A stretch of 64,000 nt of DNA from Eledone cirrhosa (GCA_964016885.1 OZ024745.1:34348001-34412000), one strand, 5' to 3'; positions 42,872-60,165 are shown, counted from the first letter of the stretch. Program-made: numbers and translations. Notes: generated by a model not told the origin, from the sequence alone.

Positions 42872-43686
42872 TGTGTGTGAGCGTGCGTGTGTGTGCGTGT
42901 GTGTATGTGTGTGTGTTTGTGTGTATCTATGTATATCTATAGATAGATAGATAGATAGTCTTCATTGCACTGAATGCCATGGTAAGGATTAGTAGTTTTA
43001 TTCCGGTCGAGTTAGAGTCTTGTGTCTTTGGACTTTCTCCTTTATGGTGGGTGTCACATCAGACAAGGCCGTTATGAAAATGTGTCTGTCAGTCAAAATT
43101 AACTGGATTATGACTGAACTTAACGCTATATGTGTATGTGTGTGTGTGTATGTGTGTATGTATGTGTGTATATATATGTATATATGCGTGCATGTATCTA
43201 TCTATCCATCTATTTATCGATATAACACACACACACACACTCTCTCTCTCTATTTAAATATATATATATATACTCGTAAAAATTATACACATATGTGTAT
43301 AGATGTATAGATTTGTATATTAAACGCATGATCATTCATTTGTGTATATGCAGCTTGGTCGTATATTTAAGGAGATTGTTTCACTATACTTGGGTCTCCG
43401 GAGTGATCAATTTGCGTGGTGTGTTGGGAAAGTGTCATTTGCTATAGTCTCCAGGCAATCCATAAACTGGGTAGACGGTACATTCTGGGATCCGGTCGTA
43501 TAGACTATACCTATAATTCAAATGGTCACACTATGTCGTCCTTCCACGTTAAAGAAGCAGCTTGTCTCATTGATCAAACAATTGGGACACACATCGTCGA
43601 AACAGGCGGAGGTCAATTCAGTCTAAATTCATCTCAACGTTTATATAAGCAGCACCTTCCACAGATGAATAAGCATTATATAAAGA

Positions 43687-43755
<69 letters not shown>

Positions 43756-44055
43756 GAGTAACATAGAGTAACATAGAGTAACATAGAGACTCGAGCACAC
43801 ACGAATATACGCGGACACTTGCATACACATACATAAGCACACACTCATAAACACACATGCACAAACAAACGCACACACATGGACACGTACATGCACGTTT
43901 AAGTTTGATGCAGGTTTGTTGACAGAGAATATTCAATAAAAAAACCTTTATATGCATACACACACATATATATATATATATATATGCATACATATATATA
44001 TATGTATGTATGTGTGTGTGTGCGTGTGTGTGCGTGTGTGTATTTAAATATATAC

Positions 44056-44096
<41 letters not shown>

Positions 44097-44561
44097 GTAT
44101 ATACATATATAGCAATGCGTATAAATACATAAAGCTGATTGAGTATATCGAATAACAGGTGAATTAATCGATATGAATATCTAGGTAGATGAGTTTTGAA
44201 AGCAATCAAAGGATGAAGTGATATTTAGAAGAAAAATAAAGATATTAATACGTATTTATATATATGTATATAAATATGTATATATATACATATATATATA
44301 TATATATTATATATATATATATATGTGTGTGTGTGGTGAGTATGTATACATTTGTATATATGTTTGAATATATTTTTATTTTTGTAAATAATTATATGTA
44401 AATGTGTGTGGTTCGTATACTTTCAACTGAAAGCTTAAGCTTAAATCCCGCACTTATACACAGAAATATGACGGAAAAGTGTGACACACTTACACACACT
44501 TAAACACACATACATCCATATATATAGTCATATATATATATGTATATACACACATATATAT

Positions 44562-44773
44562 ATAGGAAAATGTATGACCCCGACGGCAGAGCTCAAGCCG
44601 TTTCGACGGCTATTTCTGGACTCAGAAATTTCTGGAGTCCAGAAATAGCCGTCGAAACGGCTTGAGCTCTGCCGTCGGGGTCACATATTTTCCTATTACC
44701 CACTCTACTACCCCAAGTATTGAGTAATCTGGTGCGTTATGGTCCATCTGGTTCCTTACCACAACTCCTTCGT
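44562..44773 (+). mobile_element. Family C fold-back element
   Basis: Arms 44562-44622 / 44634-44696, plus tail. Confidence 0.85.
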
Positions 44774-44823
44774 TATATATATATATATATATATATACGC
44801 ACACACAATATATATATATATAT

Positions 44824-44861
<38 letters not shown>

Positions 44862-44995
44862 CGACACAAATATCGAGTGAGATTTGGAGAGAAATGTAGA
44901 TACGTATATGGACAGGCAGACTGACAGACGGGTAGTTAAAAAGATAGGTAAATTGAAATCTTGATTATACATAAATCGATATATACAGAAGGATA

Positions 44996-45080
<85 letters not shown>

Positions 45081-45267
45081 AGAGAGCGAGAGAGAGAGGG
45101 GGGGATTGTGTGTGTCAGAAAAAGAAAGCTAGATAGTTACATAATTTAGTAGACAGAAAGACGGCATATAGATAGATGGATAGATCAATAGATAGATCGA
45201 TATATATATATATATATATCTTCAATTTACCTACCTGTCTCTCTCTCTCTCTCTCTCTCTCACTCTC

Positions 45268-45313
<46 letters not shown>

Positions 45314-45381
45314 ATTCATAGAGAGTGAGAGAAATGTCTATGTATATATATAGATGTCTATATATATATATATACATAGAG

Positions 45382-45452
<71 letters not shown>

Positions 45453-45496
45453 TAGGTAAATTGAAGCTAGATAGATAATTAGACAGATAGATCGAG

Positions 45497-45545
<49 letters not shown>

Positions 45546-45600
45546 TGTTTCTTTATTAGCCACAGGGGCACAAAAGAAGGGGACAAATACAAAGGGGGAT
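45546..45600 (-). mobile_element. Tiny Tx1-like 3' tail inside (GATA)n
   Basis: Reverse complement of GCCCCTGTGGCTAATAAAGAAA. Confidence 0.7.
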
Positions 45601-45604
45601 AGAC

Positions 45605-45640
<36 letters not shown>

Positions 45641-45731
45641 TTAACAACAATAACAATACTTGTTGCTTTTTATGATTATGTTTTATATTTATCTTACCAA
45701 CTGTAATTTCTCTTTCTTATTTTACTTGCAG

Positions 45732-46099
45732 GTTACCCGTCCAGGCTAGGGAAAGTTGTCGCGATATGGCAAAGTCTCCCACATTAAGTGTCGTTGTCAA
45801 TTCCTCAGACAGTCTATCACCTTCAATAAATAGTAGCAGCGATGGTTTGTTTCTACCTGTGGCCTCTAGTCCGTTGTCTGTGCCCCCGATCGCCATGCAA
45901 GAATCTTCATCAGCAATCACCACCCCAATGGGAGGAAGCACTACCAACCTTCCCGGAGTCAGCCTTGGACTATCTCCGACAGTTTTTAAAGAATTCGACC
46001 ATGTATCAAATAACAACAACGACGTACTGCCGCCACCGCCGTCGTCGTCCAAGTTGTCCGGTACGGGGGGTAGCCCTGGTAACAACGTCACCACGTATC

Positions 46100-46133
<34 letters not shown>

Positions 46134-47273
46134 AACCAGCACCAGCACCGCTACCACCAGCACCAGCACTACCACCACCACCACCACAGCCACCACCCCA
46201 GCTGCTACCAACGTGAACAACCCGACCGTTACCACGACTACTGGGCCCGTTAGTACCACTCTACCCACACAAGGAGCACTGCAATCAAATATTGGTGCAA
46301 GACCCCCGTATTTATTAGTCGGTGGTGGCGGATTCGGAGGCGGAGGAGGTGGCATCGGTGTCGGCGTTGGTGGCTACGGCAGTGGTGGTGGTGGTGGTGG
46401 TGGTGGTCTTGGTGGAGGTGGTGGCGGTGGAGGTTTTGGTGGTGGTGGTGGCGGCGGCGGTGGTGGTGGTGGTGGTGGTCTCGGTGATAGTGGATACAGT
46501 CCCATTGGCGGCATAATTGGGGGTGGTGGCGGCGGGGGTCTTGGTGGCGGCAGTAGCGGTGGCAGCATCGGCAGCGGTGGTAGTAGTAGTAGTAGTAGCG
46601 GCAGTGGAGGTCTAGTGGTTGTTGTCGGAGGTTCTCCGGCATCGGAGATAGTGGTGCCTCCTGCTCAGTCAACAACACCAGTGACAGCCACCATACCTTC
46701 ACCGCATTTTCAGCGATCGGATTCGGTTAAGTTCCGACCACCACCGAGTAGTGGCGCGCCCCGCTCGCCTCATCAACCAATCGGACATTCCACGCCCCCC
46801 CGAGCTTCTCGCCGTGTTCCGAGTTTGAAATTAAAGCGGCTGAATGTAGCAGCGGCAGCCAGAGCGGAGAGAACAGAAAAGACAGAAGCTACTATGCCAT
46901 GCTTACCGCAAAGCAACCCTAACCCTTCAATAACTATAACTATAGACTCGGATGATGAATCCGTCTATAGTGACTACCTCAGTCCCGAAATTAACTACAA
47001 GAGTGATGCTCGGGTACAGTTTATAGGGGACGATACAAGTTTGTATGGAACACCTAAAGAAGAGCTTTTACCGTGCCGTGAGGAAAACGTTACCGTTGAA
47101 AACAGTAAGTCTAGTCCGACTAGTTTTCTAAAAGACCAGATCTACTCATTCTTCCAGCCATCGGATAACAAATTAGCTATGAAGCTTTTCGGAAACAAAA
47201 ATGCACTTTATAAAGAGAAGATGCGTCACAAGAGGGTCGGCAACTGGGTTATACACCCTTGCAGCAACTTTAG
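45732..47273 (+). CDS. HCN: Coding exon of HCN (Ih) hyperpolarisation-activated cyclic nucleotide-gated channel: N-terminus and HCN domain up to S1
   Basis: DDTSLYGTPKEEL and FFQPSDNKLAMKLFGNKNALYKEKMRHKRVGNWVIHPCSNFR match invertebrate Ih; acceptor ttttacttgcag at 45731, donor AG|gtaagt at 47273 in the phase-2 Arg codon; ATG at 45766, frame also open from the acceptor. Confidence 0.93.
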
Positions 47274-47539
47274 GTAAGTACACAAAACCACCGCTAATTC
47301 AATCACCCGCATACATTCACTTACAAACACACAGACACGCAACACACATATGTACATTTCCATATATGTATATATATATATATATATTATATATATATAG
47401 AGAGAGATATAGATATATATATAGATATATTCATAAGCACTTTAGTTTCAAACTCCAATTAGGTTTTATTACAGGTAGTGAATATTGTGTTTAAACTGTT
47501 GCTGTATGCATGTGTATATGGATATGGATATATATCTAT

Positions 47540-48626
<1,087 letters not shown>

Positions 48627-48853
48627 CTTCCTATCGCTACTTACTGATTACTTCTTCATGTAAGTATTTATTAAGAATTTCTTGACAATCTACCTTTTCT
48701 TCTTTTTGTCATCTTTTTTCATTCATTTTTTTCATTCTTCTTCAGTTTTCTTTTAATTTCGATCTTTCTTTTTCTTCCACTTTCTTCATCAACGGTCATT
48801 CATAAGAATGATGATGTACCTTGTCACTCGTTTGCAGCAGCTGTTGTCAAACT

Positions 48854-48933
<80 letters not shown>

Positions 48934-49008
48934 CTCTCCCTCCCCCCTCCCTCTCTCTCTTTCTCTCTTTCTATTTATTTTTTTTTCTCCTTCATTCTCT
49001 CCGTTTCT

Positions 49009-49079
<71 letters not shown>

Positions 49080-49689
49080 TTTCAGGCTGTAGTAGGGGTA
49101 ATGACTTTCTTCTTCTTCTTCTTCTTCTTCTTCTTCTTCTTCTTCTTCTTCTTCTTCTTCTTCTTCTTCTTCTTCTTCTTCTGCTGCTTCTGCTGCTGCT
49201 GCTGTCCTCGATGCCATTGCTGTTGTTGTTGTTGTTGATGATGTAGCTGTCATTTTGTCTTTTTATTCCTCTGCCTCACTAATTCTAATTCTAATTAGCC
49301 AGGTGTTGTCATTAAAGGTTAGTCTGTTCTTCTATCTGAAGCTAATGACAAGTCTTCCACTATTATATAGAGACCACAATACAGTGAGAATCGCCATCGG
49401 ACACTGGTCAAACTACTAATCACTAAACAACAACAACCACCAACTACACATCTTACTTTCTTTTTCGGCCATCATTTTTTCTTTAATTCCTGCGTTTACT
49501 CGTTTATTGGATTGTACTTGTTTTTTTATACCTGAATATGTACTTGTGTGCAGATGTGTGTCTGTCTACGTGTATTTGTATGTATGTGTGTATGTATTTG
49601 TTGTCAGCATGTAGGTGCGTGCATGCGTGCATGCGTGCTTGTGACTCAATATATGAGTGTATCTCATTGTCTATGGTTATATAATATAT

Positions 49690-49730
<41 letters not shown>

Positions 49731-49929
49731 ATGAGTGTGTCTGTCTGTAGATGTGTATGTGTTGGTGTTTGTGTACGTATGTTCGTGTGTGTGCGCACGT
49801 CTTTGTCTGTGTATGGGCATGTTACGTTAATTGTGTGTATGTTCACTGTTTTCTGTGCTGTCACAAATATTCGATGACTTCACATTTGACATCACAAACT
49901 AACTACATAGCTTGCTTTAACTGCTGTTC

Positions 49930-49944
49930 ATACTACTACTACTG

Positions 49945-49984
<40 letters not shown>

Positions 49985-49988
49985 AACA

Positions 49989-50035
<47 letters not shown>

Positions 50036-50053
50036 AACTACTACTACTATTAT

Positions 50054-50113
<60 letters not shown>

Positions 50114-50733
50114 ATCCATCATCATTGCGATCATCTCCTCCACCACCAACATCACTACCCCACCAGCATCACCACCTCTATCATTATCACCGTCATCATC
50201 ATCATCATTTTCATATTATCATAATGATAAAATAGGGAACTACAACTACAACTACAACTCAAACTACAACATTCATTATTAACACCATCATCACTGTCAG
50301 TGCCAACACTGTCAACTACATACACTACTATTACAACCAGTACTACTAAAATCATAGTAATTATCATCATCATCAAAATCAACACCACCACTATCACCAC
50401 AACTACAACCTCAACTACAACACTGGTAACTAAAAATAAAACTACTACAACTATAATAGGCATCATCATCAGTTGCAGCAACAACATCTCCATTATCACC
50501 ACCAATACTCTCTAATACTGGCAACTAATACGACTACAACATCAGCCACTACAAGATCAACTGTTACAGCTACAACCACAACAACGACGACCACAACATC
50601 TACAACTCCAACAACTACAACACAACATGCATTCCTCTCTAACATTAACACTTGTGCCCCTGTAACTTCAAGTACAACTATCTCAACTATTACAACAGCA
50701 ACTGCAACCACCACCACCACTACCACTACTACT

Positions 50734-50812
<79 letters not shown>

Positions 50813-50850
50813 ATACTACTACTACTACTACTACCACCACCACCACCACC

Positions 50851-50890
<40 letters not shown>

Positions 50891-51260
50891 GTAGTAATAG
50901 TACTACTACTGATGATGCTGCTGCTGTTGTTACATTAAACGTCGTCATCATTACTGCTACAACTACAACAACAACCATTGTAACTATTACAAAAAACAAA
51001 CAACAACAACAAACAACTATTACACCAATCACAAATACTATAACGACAATAACTATAACAACAACTACTACCAAAGCAACAACAAATATTATTGCTACAG
51101 CTATACGTAAAACAACCATAATAGCCACAACCACCACCATCAACACCAGCACTATATAAACAAACGCCACAACAATCACCACTATCATCATATCCAGTAC
51201 AACTACAACAATTATAACAACAACAACAATCACCTCGACTGCCAATACTTACATTACTAT
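49930..51260. repeat. (ACT/ACC/ACA)n trinucleotide low-complexity region
   Basis: Direct observation. Confidence 0.9.
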
Positions 51261-51416
51261 GACTCTAATAAATGTACAATTATTTTACAAAAATTTAGCT
51301 AAGAGAAAGACCTTAAATAAGCCAATGGCAATAATTCAACTAATTCAAATAGAAGTTGATGTACTGAATGACGTTTCTAAAGAGAACATATAAAACAAAG
51401 CAGGTTGTTTTGTATT

Positions 51417-51560
51417 TACGCATAGAGTTACGGCCCTTGCCATTCTGAGTTCAAATCCAGCCGATGTTTACTTTGCCTTTCATCCTTACGGGGTCGATAA
51501 AATAAAGTACCAGTAATGCACTGGGTTATTGCTGGCCTTGTGCCAAAAGTAGAAACAATT
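51417..51560 (+). mobile_element. SINE, 5'-truncated
   Basis: B-box, core, tail. Confidence 0.85.
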
Positions 51561-51818
51561 ATAAAGAGAAAGAAAGCTAAATGCTAGGGGCAATTCCAAC
51601 AACTTCACGGCCGTACCCACAACTATCACCCTACCACCGACACAACAACAACAGTGATGATGATATAATTATTGTAAATATACGCACCTGTGGAGGCTGT
51701 GGATAGTAGAACAGCGTCAACTACATCAGCCAGCAACACAACTAACACTACCAACGCCATCACTAACATAACAACAATAACAACAAAAATTACCATCACA
51801 ATCCACTCCTCACACTAT

Positions 51819-51853
<35 letters not shown>

Positions 51854-51873
51854 ATATATTTGTGTGTGTGTGC

Positions 51874-51949
<76 letters not shown>

Positions 51950-51988
51950 ATATATATATATATGTATGTTTATATATATATATATATA

Positions 51989-52036
<48 letters not shown>

Positions 52037-52037
52037 C

Positions 52038-52104
<67 letters not shown>

Positions 52105-52115
52105 CATATATATAT

Positions 52116-52145
<30 letters not shown>

Positions 52146-52146
<1 letters not shown>

Positions 52147-52321
52147 ACGAAGGAGTTGTGGTAAGGAACCCGATGGACCATAACGCACCAGAGTACTCAA
52201 TACTTAGGGTAGTAGATAGTAGAGTAGGAAATAGGAAAAAGTATGACCCCGACAGCAAGAGCTCAAGCCTTTTCGACGGCTATAACGACTTGAGCTCTGC
52301 CGTCGGGGTCATACTTTTTCC

Positions 52322-52325
<4 letters not shown>
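52146..52325 (-). mobile_element. Family C fold-back element
   Basis: Hairpin 52231-52325 plus tail. Confidence 0.8.
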
Positions 52326-52353
<28 letters not shown>

Positions 52354-53215
52354 TGTTTGAGTATTGAAACAAAAACAACAACTACATCAGCAAAGAAACA
52401 CAAATCGCCACAACAACAATAACTGCTACTACTTGTAATAGTCACAGCATCAAGTGAATACCTGTATATATTTATAACTGCTGCTATTGCTGTTGCAGCA
52501 ACAGCAGCAGTCAAGGCGAGAATAGAAGCAACAGCTTCAACACCAGCAGTGTTGACAACAACTTTAAAACTGTGTGTGAGATGACACCACATTACAAATG
52601 CTTATGTGAGTTGGACCTCCGTCTCTTCTGACGAGGAGTTATCCAATTGTTCAAATAAAGAAACAACCTGCTCACAAGAAAATAACGCGCAACTGCCTGA
52701 GCATTCTGTAGATATGTGTACCTTTAACGTAGTTCTTAGGGAGGTTCAGTGTGACACAGTGAGTGACAAGGCTGAAATAAAGTATCTGCCGCTAAATCGA
52801 ACTCACGAACTTATGATAACGAACCGAATGTCCAAATCACTAAGCCACGCATCTTCATATCATTTTCTGCGTATGGGTGCTGACACCACATATACAATTT
52901 GATTCTATGCATGTTATGTGTATATTTGATTACACTACCTATACATCATATATATGTGTTTGATGGCACAACATTTACATCATATAAAAGTATGTCTGAC
53001 CATATTGCTTATGCAACATATATGTGTTTGTTGACATTATCTATACATCATAAATGTGTTTGGTGACTATAGTATATGTTATATGTGTTTTATTTTTCTT
53101 TCTCAATTTCTCTCTAGCATCTACGTGCAAAACACTTCGTGTACTATATTATATATATATACATATATATACATATACATACATACATACATACATACAT
53201 ACATACATACATACA

Positions 53216-54068
<853 letters not shown>

Positions 54069-55346
54069 ATACAAACAGTGAAACATTTGTTGACTGAGTA
54101 ATCAATGCATATAAATATATATTTTATATCACAAAGAAATGATTGATTGTGTCTTCGAAGATTCGACAGATGTCAGCATTATCAGACTCTACATACATGT
54201 ATACATACATACACACATACATAAATACGCATTTGATGGCAATGTACATATAAATATATATGCCGGTGCCCTAGCATGGCCTCAGGCAAATGATGGAACA
54301 TGTAAAGGAGTAACAGAGTACACTGACATAAACTTATATACATATATACAAATACATGAACACTTTTTCATTTACTTTTCTCTCTGTGTCTTTCTATATA
54401 TCGATATGTCTTTGATTTCAACGTAAAAAGACAACAACCTACACGTGGCATCATTAGAAAATGTCAGTTCAAGATCGTTTCCTGTCTCTACCAGCTTCCA
54501 CAGTCAACGCTTTTAGAAGAAGAAAAACAAAAGGAAAAACAGAAGTAAAGAAAAAATGACTAGATATATATGAATGTGTGTGTGGGGGTATGTGTTTATG
54601 TGTGTGCATGTGTTTTTGTGTGTGTGTATGTGATTATAACAAAAACAATGGTTGTGGCTAAAATGCTTGTTTTTGTTCATGGGTTGTCAGAATGGATTAG
54701 AGTTGACCGTAGGTACAACAAGAACAACAACAATAACAACGAATATAACTGCAACTTGACAGCCAATCAGTGCTATGTAGATGCTTGATCGATTATTTAA
54801 AGGAATTTTTTTCCTCATTTGTCACAGCCCCTGCCACCTACTTCTCCTCAATCGAATACTCCCATCTTTTTACATAACATTATCTCTATATCATATTTAT
54901 CAACTCCTATCTTAAATTATCCTCCCTGTTCACACGTCTCTTGTGACATCACGTTCTTTTTCTTCGTTTATTTCCTATATCTTATTCACATCCAATGCCC
55001 TTGACGTCGCGACAGAGTAATTCAGTGATTTTGTGTAGGGGTTTCCTGGAATTACCCTTGAACAGTAATTACCAACCTATTTTACTCATTGAGTACATCA
55101 TACAATTCTAGTGCACATTATACGCACAGCAATAAAAATGAATGTAACATATGTATGTATATATTTTAGACTATAAATAATTTAAACTTCACAATCCTAT
55201 TAAATACTCACCTCTTTATCTAATATTTGGATCCTAATTATGAAGATATAAAATTTCTTTAGAATAGATGTTTTTGCCCACATTTAAATACATAGTTGAC
55301 GGACGAGGGGAAAAGAATAACCATAACGAAGTATATATATATATAT

Positions 55347-55538
55347 ATAGGAACCAGTAAGACCCCGACGGCTGAGCTCAAGCCGTTTCGACGTCTAATT
55401 CTGTCCAGAATTAGCCATCGAAACGGCTTGAGCTCAGCCGTCGGGGTCTTACTGGTTCCTATTACCCACTCTACTACCCTAAGTATTGAGTACTTTGGTG
55501 CGTTATGGTCCACCTGGTTCCTTACCACATTTCCTTCG

Positions 55539-55540
<2 letters not shown>
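55347..55540 (+). mobile_element. Family C fold-back element
   Basis: Hairpin centred near 55404, plus tail. Confidence 0.85.
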
Positions 55541-55592
<52 letters not shown>

Positions 55593-55607
55593 GTGTGTGT
55601 GTGTATG

Positions 55608-55639
<32 letters not shown>

Positions 55640-55672
55640 TACATATATATGTGTGTGTGTATATAAATATAC

Positions 55673-55705
<33 letters not shown>

Positions 55706-55716
55706 TATATGTGTGG

Positions 55717-55831
<115 letters not shown>

Positions 55832-56096
55832 GAGAGAGAGCATACAATCGTGCCACGGTGTACCGTTTCAGAACCATTGGCCTAATAGCTCAATCTCTCT
55901 CATTAAGGAATTTTCCAAGTTGATTTTTATATCATTTATGTATTGTTATATTTACTATTCATTACTGTTATCGTTATTGTTATATCAGGTAATTTTTCTT
56001 TGTTAATTTCTCGTTCCTTTTACTCAATGCAAGCACTACTTTTCAGTGGTATTTTTCGTCCTTACATTGTCCAAAACATCGTGCGCCCTTATGACA

Positions 56097-56157
<61 letters not shown>

Positions 56158-56158
56158 G

Positions 56159-56202
<44 letters not shown>

Positions 56203-56333
56203 GCAGATGTTGCTGTTGCTGCTGTATTACGATATTACAAAAACAACAGAAAATATCCTGCGGAAAGTGGTGACATTACTTGATAAGGAGCCAATTAAAT
56301 GATCCAGTTTTAATAAAATCCTCAGAATGCAAA

Positions 56334-56383
<50 letters not shown>

Positions 56384-56385
<2 letters not shown>

Positions 56386-56615
56386 TTTGATTTATTAGCC
56401 ACAAGGGCCGACATGTAGGGGACAATACAAAGACAGGGACAGTGGGGGTTTACAATAAGGTCGAGTAAAAGTGTACAATGGCAAGGCTAATTTAACAATG
56501 TAGATAAAAATAAATAAAATAAACTATGCATAAATATAACAAAATAAATTCCTCGATAGGGGTGGACGACCCTGGGGTGACTCAGGTACCCCACCAATCA
56601 TGCACCACCCTGCGT

Positions 56616-56616
<1 letters not shown>
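56384..56616 (-). mobile_element. Tx1-like 3' tail in (TAA)n
   Basis: Reverse complement of GCCCTTGTGGCTAATAAA tail. Confidence 0.6.
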
Positions 56617-56663
<47 letters not shown>

Positions 56664-56754
56664 GATGAGGATGATGATGGTGGTAGTGATGATAAAGATG
56701 ATTTCTTTGTTAGCCAAACAGGGAACCCATTATACAGCAGCTGGCTCTAGTATT

Positions 56755-58395
56755 ACATCACCAGCAACATTTGTTGGATGATCTAAAGCTGTATGGTGCA
56801 GACGAGAGGCAACTCGAAACACTGTTACAAACAGTGCATGGATTCACAAACAATATAGGAATGAAATTAGGAGTACAAATATGTGTCAAGGTAACTCTCA
56901 CGTGAGTAAATTCAGTGAAAAGCACTAATATCATGCTAGATAAAGACATTGAGGTAAGAAAATTAAATCACAAATATACAAATACTTAAGACTCAACAAA
57001 CTAGACAAGGTTCAATATAAACAGATGAAAGAAACAAAATTAGTAAGGATTAAGATAGACGGATTATATTACTACTTAAAACAGAGCTAGATTCCAACAC
57101 GTAGGTAAATAGCATCAATACTGTAGCGATCAGAGCAAATAAGGTACAATTTTTTTTATCCTTAACTGGACCTTCGAAAAACTAGCAGGTTTAGACAGAA
57201 AGAAAAAGAAAAATATTGATTGCATTTAGAATACAATATCCAAGATCAGATGTATAAAGATGATAGCTAGCTCGAACACAAGAAGAAAGGGTCCTAATAC
57301 AACTAGAAAACTATTGTAAATTAATTACTGTAGGACTACAAAAATATCTAATGAAGAACAAAGGAAAGTTAATAGAAATAGCCACAAAACAATACTAAAT
57401 CACAAAAGGTGATCTCTGTCTTCAAGGAAGCCAACAAATTCAAAGCAGAAGCTGTATTGACAGATAGCTGTGAAGAAAATGGAAACAAAGAAGAAACAAC
57501 AACAGAAATTGTGAAAAACATAAAATCTAAACTGAAAACAGATCGCCAGAATACTTTACTAAAACGATGGCAAGAAGAAACAATTACATCACTAATTCCT
57601 GACAAAGCTGAATACAGCGGAAGTCAATAAGCAAACCTCACAAAACTGGCTACGAAGCACAGGAATAAAAGCCGAGATGGAAGGATTTCTAATCGCAACA
57701 CAAGATCAAATCCACCCTACCAGAAATCACCAGAATTATTTAATGATGCAGAACACGGTAAGAGGTGGGGAAGAAAGAATTAACCACATTATTTCAGGCT
57801 GCCTAATATTAGTCAAGAAAGAATATATCAATAGATATGATAGAGTTGGTATTTACATACACAAGAAGTTAAGTCAACACTACAAAATACCAACAGAAAA
57901 AAGGTCTTACAGACACACCAGAAAAGGTGGCAGAGAATGACAAAGCCAACATACTCTGGGATATGCCAAGGAGATCAAAGCCATCCAACCGGATATTATA
58001 ATGAAAGACCACAAAGAAATTATGTCTTCCAATTGATATATGAATCCCCACAGACGACAATATATCTACAAATGAAATAGAGAAACTATCCAAATATAAA
58101 GATCTGGAGATAGAAATAACCTGAAAGTGGATGATGAAAACAGAAACAATACCTATAATAATAGGTACCCTTAGAATGATAAAAACACACACAAAAGGAT
58201 ACATAACGAAAATCTCAGGACTTACAAATATATACAGTATAAACAACATCTCACTATTAGGCTCTGCACACATATTTTGATGAGTTCTCTCAACACAATA
58301 GAAACAACATCACCAAAAATTACACTGTTCATACCCATGGTGCTTAAAGCTCTGCTCAGTAGTGCAGAGACGACACACAACATAAATATGATTAA
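56755..58395 (+). mobile_element. Old R4/Dong-like RLE LINE (RT core to 3' end), heavily decayed
   Basis: HLLDDLKLYG, EGFLIATQDQ, HIISGC, RYDRVG, KLSKYKDLEIEI, IPIIIG. Confidence 0.8.
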
Positions 58396-58423
58396 TGATA
58401 GTGATGATAATGAAAATAATAAT

Positions 58424-58600
58424 TGTTTCTACTTTAGGCACAAGGCCAGCAATTAACCAGTACATTACTGGTACTTTATTTTATCGACCCCGTAAGGATG
58501 AAATGCAAAGTTAACCTCGGCGCGATTTGAACTCAGAACGTAAAGGGCCGGAAATCTATGCTACAAATCATGGTGTTTGACGCTCTACCGAAACTTCCAA
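58424..58600 (-). mobile_element. SINE
   Basis: Consensus match. Confidence 0.8.
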
Positions 58601-59105
58601 TAAACAGTGATAATGAACATAATTATCCTCCTCCTCCTCCTCCTCCTCCTCCTCCTCATCATCATCATCATCATCATCATCATCGATGGCTTCATTCAAC
58701 CACCACTAAGCTACCATTACTACCATCATCTCAGAATTTATGTTCGTTCCGTTCACCTGTTCAAAGTCTCCTCCTACTTTCATAGACTTCTACTCTTCTT
58801 TCTTTAATAACAATCATCATCGTTATGATGATTGTTAACATCATCTTAGTCGTCATCACGATCTACCGAACTATCATTTTCAGCATCAACATCAACATCA
58901 ACATTAAAACAAGGGTCACCGTTGTGATCAGCATCAGCTTAATCTCATTCTTTTTCCTATTTCTTCTCTATCTCCTCCTCCTCCACCCCCGCATTACCAA
59001 CCTTGTTCTCAACATCATGATCATCCTCACTAGTGCAACTATCGTCCACACCACAACCATTATCCTCATCATCATAACCATAGTATTATCATTATTATCA
59101 TTGGA

Positions 59106-59435
59106 TAAGTTACGTCCCTTTATGGTCTGAGTTCAAATCCCGCCGAGGTTAACTTTGTCTTTCATCATTACGGGGTCGATATAATAAAGTACCAGTAATT
59201 TACTGGGTAATTGCTGGCCTTGTGCCTAAAGTAGAAACAATTATTATCATTGGATTGTCAGTATCGGTAGAGGGTCGGACGCCATGCTTTGACGCATAGA
59301 GTTACGGCCCTTGCCGTTCTAAGTTCAAATGCCGCTGAGGTTAACTTTGTCTTTCATCCTTACGGGGTCGATGAAATAAAGTACCAGTAATGCACTGGGA
59401 TGATTGCTGGCCTTGTGCCAAAAGTAGAAACAATT
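59106..59435 (+). mobile_element. Truncated SINE inserted at the head of another SINE
   Basis: TSD ATTATTATCATTGGA 59091-59105 / 59240-59254. Confidence 0.82.
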
Positions 59436-59558
59436 ATTAACATCCCCATATCCCAAACCATTATCATCTACAATATCATTATTATCGCCACCATCATCAT
59501 CTTCACTATCACATCCAACAACAACAGCAACAGCAACAACGACAACAACAACAACAGC

Positions 59559-59589
<31 letters not shown>

Positions 59590-59689
59590 GCAACAACAAC
59601 AACAACGACAACGACAACAACAACGACAACACCATTGACATAAACATTGTCGTCATTGTCATCATCATCAACAACATCACCCGATCACC

Positions 59690-60165
59690 ATCATCATAAT
59701 CATCATCAGCCTATCTATCAGGATCTCCATCATCATCACCATCATCACCAACACCACCACCACAGTCATCAGTACAGCTATCAGGATCTCCATCATCACC
59801 ACCATCACCACCACCACCAACAACAACAACACCACCACCCCCAACACCCCCACCGCCAGCACAGTCATCAGTACAGCTATCAGGATCTCCATCATCACCA
59901 CCATCACCACCACCACCACCAACAACAACACCACCACCACCACCACCGCCACCGCCACCACCACCACCACCACCACCACCACCACCACCACCACCACCAC
60001 CACCACCACCACCATCAGCACAGTCATCAGTACAGTTATCGGGATCTCCATCATCTCCATAATCTCCATCATCACCACCATCACCACCATCATCACCACC
60101 ATCACCACCACCACCACCACCACCACCACCACCACCACCACCACCAGCACAGTCATCAGTACGTG
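59690..60165. repeat. (CAC)n minisatellite with repeated CAGTCATCAGTACAGCTATCAGGATCTCCATCATC unit
   Basis: About 4-5 full or partial units. Confidence 0.8.

Noticed and set aside
45717-46702. Antisense and alternative-frame ORFs over the HCN exon
   Set aside because: Shadow ORFs of GC-rich triplet repeats.
50473-51245. Mucin-like poly-Thr ORF and antisense poly-Val ORF
   Set aside because: Trinucleotide low-complexity DNA with no splice or domain support.
59690-60165. CRISPR-like repeat-spacer array
   Set aside because: The spacers are simple (CAC)n tracts, the context is eukaryotic, and there are no cas genes.
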